The position numbers and the translations under genes are program-made. DNA of 64,000 bases. It comes from Bacillota bacterium (GTDB lineage Bacteria; Bacillota; Ch66; Ch109). Below the pieces are notes generated by a model, which saw only the letters and a program-made list of their open reading frames with translations, did not search any database and was not told where the DNA came from. Positions 10,334 to 17,660 of the stretch are shown one piece after another (within the stretch, counting starts at the first letter, position 1; each line of letters opens with the position of its first letter). The stretch covers positions 1,184,001 to 1,248,000 of the forward strand of contig JBMNLH010000001.1 of the NCBI GenBank assembly GCA_050952625.1, given 5' to 3'.

Positions 10334-11446
10334 ATGTCCAGGCCGATAAATGAATTGGCTCGTCCCAGCATTCTGGAGATCAAACCATACTTCCCGGGTA
10401 AACCTATTGAGGAAGTTGAGCGGGAACTGGGCTTAACTGACGTTATTAAATTAGCATCTAATGAAAACCCGTTAGGACCTTCCCCTCAGGCTGTTGCCGC
10501 GATAAAAAAAGCAGCTGAAAAAGTAAATTTCTATCCGGATAGCAACTGTTTTTACTTGAAAGAAAACTTGGCTAAATACCTGGGAATAGACCCTGGAATG
10601 TTAATCATTGGGAATGGTTCGGACGAACTGTTGAAGCTTATTGCTGAAGCCTTCTTAAACGAAGGGGAAGAAGTAATTTGTGGCAACCCTTCATTTTCGG
10701 AATATGATTTTGTTACTCAGATTATGGCGGGAAAGATGATTCAGGTTCCGCTTCAGAATTTAACCTATGACCTGCGGTCAATAGCTGACAGAATCACTCC
10801 ATCCACCAAACTCATTTTTATTTGCAATCCCAACAATCCTACTGGCACAATGGTTACTTGCCAAGAAGTTGAAGAATTTATGCAGCGAGTGCCGGATGAT
10901 GTTTTGGTAATCTTTGATGAGGCCTACTATGAATATGTTACTGATCCGAAGTTTCCAGATAGCCTGAAATACATTCGCCAAGGACGTCGGGTCATCGTCT
11001 TGCGTACCTTTTCCAAGATCTATGGTTTAGCTGGTCTGAGAGTTGGTTACGGGATAGCCACCCCGGATATTATTGATTGCTTAATGCGGGTTCGGGAACC
11101 GTTTAACGTTAACTCTATCGCCCAGGCCGGTGCCTTGGCCGGCTTAGCTGATCAGGATTGGATTAAACAAGCCAAGGAAGTTAATGCCCAAGGCCGAGAT
11201 TATCTGTATCGTGAGTTGGCCGCTATGGATTTGGATTATGCACCAACCCAAGGAAATTTCATGTTTATTAACGTCAAGACCGCCGGTGTAGAAGTTGGTC
11301 AGCGAATGATGCAGGCCGGTGTCATCGTTCGACCAGGCAACATCTTTGGCTATCCGGAGTATATTCGGGTAACTATTGGAACCAAAGAGCAAAATGAACG
11401 CTTTATCAAAGTTCTTCGCCAGGTTCTAACGGAACTAAAGGGTTAG
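10334..11446 (+). CDS. hisC: Histidinol-phosphate / aromatic aminotransferase
   Basis: KLASNENP, GNGSDE, NPNNPTG, DEAY and RTFSKIYGLAGLRVG motifs. Confidence 0.9.
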   Translation: MSRPINELARPSILEIKPYFPGKPIEEVERELGLTDVIKLASNENPLGPSPQAVAAIKKAAEKVNFYPDSNCFYLKENLAKYLGIDPGMLIIGNGSDELLKLIAEAFLNEGEEVICGNPSFSEYDFVTQIMAGKMIQVPLQNLTYDLRSIADRITPSTKLIFICNPNNPTGTMVTCQEVEEFMQRVPDDVLVIFDEAYYEYVTDPKFPDSLKYIRQGRRVIVLRTFSKIYGLAGLRVGYGIATPDIIDCLMRVREPFNVNSIAQAGALAGLADQDWIKQAKEVNAQGRDYLYRELAAMDLDYAPTQGNFMFINVKTAGVEVGQRMMQAGVIVRPGNIFGYPEYIRVTIGTKEQNERFIKVLRQVLTELKG

Positions 11447-11561
11447 CTCCAGCAAAAGGTTTCCTAAAAGCATAGGGATAGAATAGGATATATAATAACA
11501 TAAGGTTAGCACAAGAAAGCCTCCTGGCTGTGAGTTCAGACAGGGGGCTTATTGGTATCAA

Positions 11562-12206
11562 ATGAGTAGGAGGGCGGTTTCGATAAACAGAGTTGTTTTC
11601 CGTGAAATCTATCCTTGGCCTAACCAAACACTAGCTTTAGCTAAAAAGGTTCAACAGACCTTGAGGGAAACGGCTGGAGTTATCCGCTTGGAAGCAGGTC
11701 CGGCTCAAGAACAGAAAAAATCTCCAGTAGTAGTGCTTTGCCTTGGATCAATGGAAGTACCAGGAGACTCCCTAGGGCCTCGAGTTGGTAGCCAGTTAGA
11801 ACAGACCCTCCCGCAATACCCAGTGTATGGCACTCAACTGGAACCGCTAGATTCGACTAACCTTCACTCGAAGTTGGAGCAGCTTAATAAAGAATATCCA
11901 GGTGCTCTGCACCTAGCGGTAGATGCCGCAGTAGGATCATGGCTGACAGTAGGTCAGGTTTCAGTGCGAAAAGGGCCGCTAATCCCGGGGATTGGTCTGG
12001 GAATTGCTTTGCCACCGGTTGGGGATGTTTCAATTACGGCCGTGGTTAAACCACGACGTTATAATCCATTATGCCAACTGGTTAATAACTGCCGCATCAA
12101 GCCCGAGCGTTGGGCTGAGATGCTTTCCAAGCTGATCGCTGATAGTATCCAGCAGGCACTGGAACCGGGGGATATGTTCTCTGTCGCTCATGATCCAGCA
12201 GACTAG
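11562..12206 (+). CDS. Spore protease YyaC (DUF1256) family protein
   Basis: CLG....GDSLGP, YGT..EP, AVDAAVG, PG.G and LPPVGD motifs. Confidence 0.75.
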   Translation: MSRRAVSINRVVFREIYPWPNQTLALAKKVQQTLRETAGVIRLEAGPAQEQKKSPVVVLCLGSMEVPGDSLGPRVGSQLEQTLPQYPVYGTQLEPLDSTNLHSKLEQLNKEYPGALHLAVDAAVGSWLTVGQVSVRKGPLIPGIGLGIALPPVGDVSITAVVKPRRYNPLCQLVNNCRIKPERWAEMLSKLIADSIQQALEPGDMFSVAHDPAD

Positions 12207-12339
12207 GCTGGGTACACAGGGAACGAACCGTCTGTTTCGTTAAAGCATACACACTCACCGAACAGTGCTGCCTGTTTATCCAGCTGTCTCTGCGCTTGTG
12301 TTCTAACTCAGTCAGCATTCAAATTATTTATCTGGTTAC

Positions 12340-13488
12340 CTACAAGTTTTTCTCTAAAATATCCTGCAAATCTTCTCGCTTAGCCATCCTTGGATTAGCT
12401 TCCAAGGATGAGGAGGGAAGGGCCGCTTCAACCAGTTCAGATAGGTGTTCCCTTTGTAGACCTAGCTCATTCAATTTATTCGGAAATCCTAGTTTGGCAC
12501 GCAAACGGTAAACATAATGGATTAAACGATTGGCCGCTTCTTCTTCAGATAACGAGGGCGCGGCGATACCAGCCAAGTGGGCTAGTCGGGCATACTTATC
12601 CAGAGTTCGGGGAAGGTTAAATTCCATAACGTAAGGAAGTAAAACCCCACAGACCAAGCCATGGGGCAGACCGTAGCGTACTCCCACACTGTGGCTCAAG
12701 GCATGGACCGCCCCGCAACGAACTTGAGCGATCGCTGAACCGGCTAAGAAGCTGCCGAGCATCATTTTTTCTCGAGCCTCTCGAGAACGACCTAGATTAT
12801 AAGCGGTATAAATATTGCGCATAATGAGTAGGGCCGCCTTTTCACTAATTGCCTCCGAATAAGGGTTAGTCCAGCGGGAGGTATAGGCTTCGATAGCGTG
12901 GGTCAAGGCATCTATCCCGGTCAGAGCAGTTAGTTTTTTAGGCATTGACATAGAAAAAATCGGATCGACGATAGCAACTTGAGCGGTCCAAAGCTCATGC
13001 CGAAGACTGCATTTTTTGCCGGTCTGTGGATCAACTAGGACCGCGTTAGTCGTCGCTTCTGAACCACTCCCAGCCGTAGTTGGAACCGCGATCCAAGGTA
13101 AGGGCTGGGTGGTTATACTACGGCCGTCGTAAAAATCCTTGGTCCTAGACTCTTCGTAAAAAAGACCGGCTGCTGCTTTGGCTACATCCAAAACACTGCC
13201 GCCTCCAACCCCGATGATCATTTCACAGGCCTGTTCTCTGGCTAGAGATCTAACCTGATCGACTTTTTCAATCGTAGGTTCAGGACCGACCTCATTATAA
13301 AATATGGTATCAATGTCTGCCTGTTTAAGAGGGTTAGTGATTCTATCTAGATTGCCAGAAACCAACAGGCTCCTCAGACCGGTAATCACTAGAGCGCGTG
13401 TCCCTAATCGCCGCGCCTCTTCTCCCAGCCGATAACAGCTGCCGGGCCCAAACAAAACGCGAGGTGGTGCAAGAAAATCAATAAGCAA
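12340..13488 (-). CDS. Iron-containing alcohol dehydrogenase
   Basis: GGGS, PTTAGSGSE, DALTHAIE and HALSH...HG metal ligands. Confidence 0.92.
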   Translation of the reverse strand: MLIDFLAPPRVLFGPGSCYRLGEEARRLGTRALVITGLRSLLVSGNLDRITNPLKQADIDTIFYNEVGPEPTIEKVDQVRSLAREQACEMIIGVGGGSVLDVAKAAAGLFYEESRTKDFYDGRSITTQPLPWIAVPTTAGSGSEATTNAVLVDPQTGKKCSLRHELWTAQVAIVDPIFSMSMPKKLTALTGIDALTHAIEAYTSRWTNPYSEAISEKAALLIMRNIYTAYNLGRSREAREKMMLGSFLAGSAIAQVRCGAVHALSHSVGVRYGLPHGLVCGVLLPYVMEFNLPRTLDKYARLAHLAGIAAPSLSEEEAANRLIHYVYRLRAKLGFPNKLNELGLQREHLSELVEAALPSSSLEANPRMAKREDLQDILEKNL

Positions 13489-13595
13489 TAGCTGCAGCCT
13501 CCTAACTTAGATAATAGTTTTTGGATAAGAAATTATTAAGAAAATTATTGCTGATTAAAATTATTTTTAAGCAAACCATTTGAGTTAATCTTATT

Positions 13596-14567
13596 TTAAA
13601 TCCATAGCTTTTTAGTAAAAAACCAAAGCATACCGGCAGAAATAATTCCACTGCCTAAAACTATTACCCAAAATGAGCTTACATGCTCAGGCAACGGCAA
13701 GGGTACGTTCATCCCAAACAGCCCGGTGATAAAAGTTAACGGCATCATAATCGTCGAAATAATTGTTAAAACCCGAATTACTTCATTAGTTCGACCTGAA
13801 AGCACCGAAAAGAAGGAGTCCAGGGCGTTATTGACTAGATCTCTATAGGTATCTGTAGCATCAATTATTCGTTCCAAGTGATCAGCCAGATCCATATAAA
13901 AAGGTTGATTCTCTGGTCGAACTGTAAAGGAATAGCGCCCTCCCACACTGGCGAATATCCGTCTTTGCGGCAAAACGACCTTGCGCAACAGCAAGGTTGT
14001 CCGTTTTAAGGACAAAATTTCATCAGTAATTTCCTGCGCCGGATTTATATATAATTCATCCTCCAATTCATCAATCCGTTCCCCAATTCGATCAATAATG
14101 GGAAAGTAGTCATCAACGATCGCGTCGACAATTGAGTAAATCAGATAGTCCGGTCCCCGATCCATTAAAGCATGGTGCTTTAAGCACTGCTTGACCACTT
14201 TTCCAACGGCAGCTAATGGACGTTTATGAATAGTGACAATATAATTCTGTCCTAGAAAAACATCTAATTCGGAAGTAGTGATCTCGTCTTCGCCTTCTTC
14301 ATCATAATGAAGGGCGTGAAAGACGAAAAAAAAGTATCCGTCATATTTATCCACCTTGGCCCGAGGACTCAACTGAAGACAGTCTTCAATGGCCAGGGGG
14401 TGAAAATCGAAGACCTTTCCGATATAATTTAGCTCTAAATCATCACAATTAAAGACATCTACCCAGAGTAAGTTTTCTGGAGAGGCGAGGTATTCGTCTT
14501 TGCGGCCTAAATCTACATCGGGGTAGATTTTTCTTTCTGAATCCTCGTAGAAATATGTCTTGATCAT
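13596..14567 (-). CDS. corA: CorA family Mg2+/Co2+ transporter
   Basis: FHPLAIED, MPLTFITGLFGMN signature, two C-terminal TM helices. Confidence 0.93.
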   Translation of the reverse strand: MIKTYFYEDSERKIYPDVDLGRKDEYLASPENLLWVDVFNCDDLELNYIGKVFDFHPLAIEDCLQLSPRAKVDKYDGYFFFVFHALHYDEEGEDEITTSELDVFLGQNYIVTIHKRPLAAVGKVVKQCLKHHALMDRGPDYLIYSIVDAIVDDYFPIIDRIGERIDELEDELYINPAQEITDEILSLKRTTLLLRKVVLPQRRIFASVGGRYSFTVRPENQPFYMDLADHLERIIDATDTYRDLVNNALDSFFSVLSGRTNEVIRVLTIISTIMMPLTFITGLFGMNVPLPLPEHVSSFWVIVLGSGIISAGMLWFFTKKLWI

Positions 14568-14584
14568 AAAAATTTGCGCCCCCC

Positions 14585-14686
14585 TTAGCGAGGGTTGGCA
14601 ACTCGGTGGTTAAAATCAACCCTCCACAGGCTTTCTGTTAAAGTTTCAAAGCTATGTTGTCCTTGATAATCGGGTATCGGATCGAT
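14585..14686 (-). CDS. Putative MgtL-like corA leader peptide (33 aa from ATC; in-frame GTG at 14695)
   Basis: SD AAAGGGGGTG precedes ATC-GAT-CCG-ATA-CCC-GAT (xDPIPD); its stop TAA abuts the corA SD. Confidence 0.5.
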   Translation of the reverse strand: MDPIPDYQGQHSFETLTESLWRVDFNHRVANPR

Positions 14687-14719
14687 TTCAACCACCCCCT
14701 TTACTAATGGTACGTTAGT

Positions 14720-14748
14720 ATTATAACACTATAATCTTCAACAACCAA
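14720..14748 (-). promoter_or_regulatory. SigA-like promoter for the corA leader
   Basis: TTGGTT-17 nt-TATAAT with extended -10 TG on the minus strand. Confidence 0.55.
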
Positions 14749-14839
14749 AGGACCTTTGGATTTATGTAAAAAAGGCAAGAATAGTTAGTAGGTTAGTTAA
14801 AAACTGCAATATATAACCTCAGAATAATAAGGAGTAATC

Positions 14840-16822
14840 ATGTTTAAGGTCTGTAAGTGGATCAGTCGAATCTTTATAATCTTTTTTCTTATAGGCATAC
14901 TCAATATTGTATTATTAAATATTCCTGGTTGTAGTTGGGGTGTTCTTCCGGCTCCACGACTTCCTTTTCCCGCCCAAATATTTGATGTAAATGGCCAGTT
15001 AATTGGTTCTATATATGAAGAGAATAGAGAAGAAGTAGCTTTGGAAGAAGTAGCCCCCTTCTTTCTGGAAGCAATTGTCGCCATTGAAGACTCTCGGTTT
15101 TACGAGCATAACGGCATCGACTTTCGGGCGGTGATAAGAGCTCTGTTAACTAATCTCAAAAAAGGACGGATAGTCGAAGGCGGAAGTACGATTACCCAGC
15201 AAACGGCCAAAAATCTCTACCTTACACCTGAACGAACTTGGAATCGAAAAATCAAAGAATTATATTATGCAATGCGATTAGAAGGTCAACTAACAAAACA
15301 GGAAATTTTGCAGCTTTATATCAACCAAATATATTTTGGCCATGGTGCTTATGGCGTGCAAATGGCGGCGAGAACTTTTTTTAATAAATCAGCCAACAAT
15401 CTCACAGCAGCAGAGTCGGCTCTGCTGGCTGGACTTACCCGCTCGCCGCGAAACTATTCACCTTTTCTCAATCTAGAGTCAGCCCGGGAGCGACGGAATG
15501 TGGTCCTTAATCGAATGGTGGAATTGGGCAAGTTATCAGCCAAAGAGGCTGAACAAATCAAAAAAGAACCGGTTCAGGTGGTCAATCAGGAACGGCCTTC
15601 CCCTAGGGCTGCGTATATAATTGATGAAATAAGAGAGTACATCATTACCAATTATCCTGATGGGGCATCGATGCTTGATAATGATGGACTGGCTATTTAT
15701 ACGACTATTGATTTACAAATGCAGGAGGCGGCTGAAAAAGCCTTTACTAACGGACTTGCTCATTTAGATAGCGAGTTAAACGGGGCCTTAGTTGCCATTG
15801 AGCCGATGACCGGACACATTAAAGCCATGTTAGGGGGGCGTAATTATCGTCAAAGCAAATTTAATCGGGCTTCCCAGGCAAAGCGCCAACCGGGTTCGGC
15901 TTTTAAACCTTTTGTCTATACCGCTGTTATTGATTGGGGTTATACTCCGGCCAGAATGGTCCAGTGTGAGCCAGTGGCTTACCCACAACCAGATGGGACC
16001 GTTTATGCACCAAAAGACTTTAGTGAACCGCTATATCACTACCGCGGCCTAACCTTGAAAGAAGCCCTGATGGTGTCTGATAACGTCATTGCCGTTCGCC
16101 TAAATCAAGAAATTGGTCCTTCAACTACAATAAAATATGCCGAACGGATGGGAATCCAAAGTGAACTGGGGCCCTATCTTTCTCTAGCCTTGGGTACCTC
16201 AGAGGTTACCCCTTTAGAAATGGCCGCTGCTTTTAGTCCATTGGCCAGTGGAGGTTACTACGCCGAACCCACTCTCATCCTGCGCATAATAAATCGCGCC
16301 GGCCAGGTTCTTGAACAAACCGAAACTAAGTCCCGAGCAGTTTTAGACGCGCGAACTGCCTATATCGTGACTGATATGCTGCAGGGTGTATTACAGCCAG
16401 GTGGGACCGCAGATCATCTCGCTCCTCTAGTCGGTCGACCAACTGCCGGCAAGACCGGCACAACCCAGGACCGCCGAGATGCCTGGTTTGTCGGCTATAC
16501 GCCAGAACTAGTAACTGCTGTCTATGTAGGGTATGATCAGCCGGATCGTCCAGTTGGGGTAGGGGGGAGAGTTGCTGGCCCTATTTGGGCTAACTTCACC
16601 CGGGAGGCCCTAAAAACAAAACCGGTCCGTTATTTTACCCGTCCCCCAGGCATAGTTATGTCCGAAATATGTGCTGACAGTGGTGCTAAAGCAACCTTTC
16701 ACTGTCCCCGGCGTCTTTCAGCCGCCTTTCGAGAGGGAACCGAACCGCTTATTGATTGTTCGATTCACCCTACTTTCGAAAACCAGACGGTACCCCTGCC
16801 AAACCTTGGTCTTTTCCCTTAG
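14840..16822 (+). CDS. Class A penicillin-binding protein (PBP1A family)
   Basis: Transglycosylase motifs EDSRF, GGSTITQQ, RKIKE; transpeptidase motifs SAFK, SDN, KTG. Confidence 0.95.
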   Translation: MFKVCKWISRIFIIFFLIGILNIVLLNIPGCSWGVLPAPRLPFPAQIFDVNGQLIGSIYEENREEVALEEVAPFFLEAIVAIEDSRFYEHNGIDFRAVIRALLTNLKKGRIVEGGSTITQQTAKNLYLTPERTWNRKIKELYYAMRLEGQLTKQEILQLYINQIYFGHGAYGVQMAARTFFNKSANNLTAAESALLAGLTRSPRNYSPFLNLESARERRNVVLNRMVELGKLSAKEAEQIKKEPVQVVNQERPSPRAAYIIDEIREYIITNYPDGASMLDNDGLAIYTTIDLQMQEAAEKAFTNGLAHLDSELNGALVAIEPMTGHIKAMLGGRNYRQSKFNRASQAKRQPGSAFKPFVYTAVIDWGYTPARMVQCEPVAYPQPDGTVYAPKDFSEPLYHYRGLTLKEALMVSDNVIAVRLNQEIGPSTTIKYAERMGIQSELGPYLSLALGTSEVTPLEMAAAFSPLASGGYYAEPTLILRIINRAGQVLEQTETKSRAVLDARTAYIVTDMLQGVLQPGGTADHLAPLVGRPTAGKTGTTQDRRDAWFVGYTPELVTAVYVGYDQPDRPVGVGGRVAGPIWANFTREALKTKPVRYFTRPPGIVMSEICADSGAKATFHCPRRLSAAFREGTEPLIDCSIHPTFENQTVPLPNLGLFP

Positions 16823-16885
16823 CGTACAACAACTCAGATGGGTGGGAATAAGGCAGAAACATTACGTTGTTTTTTCTAGTTAGGA

Positions 16886-16912
16886 GCAGGAATTTTAGCT
16901 TCCTTGTCGAAG
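16886..16912 (+). promoter_or_regulatory. SigH-like promoter
   Basis: GCAGGA-ATT..17 nt..GTCGAAG. Confidence 0.55.
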
Positions 16913-16977
16913 ACAACGAATGAACGAGTGGCGAGTTGGCGGATACAAGTTGTTAGTAGCTGGCAGGGGGTGAACTT

Positions 16978-17124
16978 TTGGAAACTGATTGGGGGTTGGT
17001 TTTTTCTGTTGTTGTTCAAGGATTTGGCGCAGTTGTCTTAGTCCTTTTAATTTTGATGTTCGCCTTAATGGGGGCTTCAAAAATTATCCGTTGGCTGGAA
17101 CGTTATGCTTCCGATGAGGCTTAA
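16978..17124 (+). CDS. Small single-pass membrane protein, OadG-like (48 aa), not in the ORF track
   Basis: SD AGGGGGTG plus TTG; METDWGLVFSVVVQGFGAVVLVLLILMFALMGASKIIRWLERYASDEA; has its own promoter and terminator. Confidence 0.65.
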   Translation: METDWGLVFSVVVQGFGAVVLVLLILMFALMGASKIIRWLERYASDEA

Positions 17125-17154
17125 GTCCAGTACTAATTTATTATTATAAGCTTG

Positions 17155-17182
17155 TAAACGCGAGGATTTTTCCTCGCGTTTA
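17155..17182 (+). terminator. Hairpin terminator
   Basis: Perfect 12-bp stem TAAACGCGAGGA/TCCTCGCGTTTA. Confidence 0.7.
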
Positions 17183-17294
17183 GTTTAGGGGATTTAAGTA
17201 TTTATAAAGCTTTTTCCAGATAGTTTATGGCAAAAAATTTTGTTAAAAATTTTTTGCGTAGCAGGAATTTTCGGAATTGTGTCTAATATTATAT

Positions 17295-17376
17295 ACATAG
17301 ATCCGTAAGTAAAAATTTTTTAATTTATATACCCTCCTTCACTACATTGCCTCCTTTACAGGGGGTTCTTTTTTTG
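17295..17376 (+). ncRNA. Candidate sRNA with two CCTCCT motifs
   Basis: SigH-like promoter at 17261-17287, no plus-strand ORF, CCCTCCTT and CCTCCTT motifs, hairpin plus T-tract end. Confidence 0.35.
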
Positions 17377-17660
17377 TTTTATTACTAGTTCGCTTTTCCT
17401 TTATAATCAGTCTTGACGGCAGGAAATATTCTGGATAATGTCGAAGTAGGGTTCATGATTTAAGGGTTTATCTGTTTAGGCTATGTTTAAAACCTGGAGA
17501 CTAATCGTCAAAAACCTCCTAGCATATAACATATAATATAAACAAGGTGCCAGATCAAACACACTCTTTTTTGCAATTATATATCTTATGCTGAGCTCAT
17601 AATACTTCTGGAGTACGGGGCCGATTAGAGGTTAAAACTCTTCAGGAAAGGATGACATGA

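Noticed and set aside
11517-11550. Hairpin covering the SD of the yyaC-like gene as a riboswitch
   Set aside because: Single stem with no alternative pairing seen; equally explained as the hisC terminator
11562-12206. Catalytically dead YyaC paralog
   Set aside because: The TDRST-like segment is diverged, but the two presumed catalytic Asp residues (GDSLGP, VDA) are retained
12207-12284. Hammerhead ribozyme on the minus strand
   Set aside because: GAAAC is present but there is no CUGANGA core next to stem I
16895-17080. 61-aa minus-strand ORF from the track
   Set aside because: Antisense shadow of the plus-strand 48-aa ORF, which has an SD, promoter and terminator
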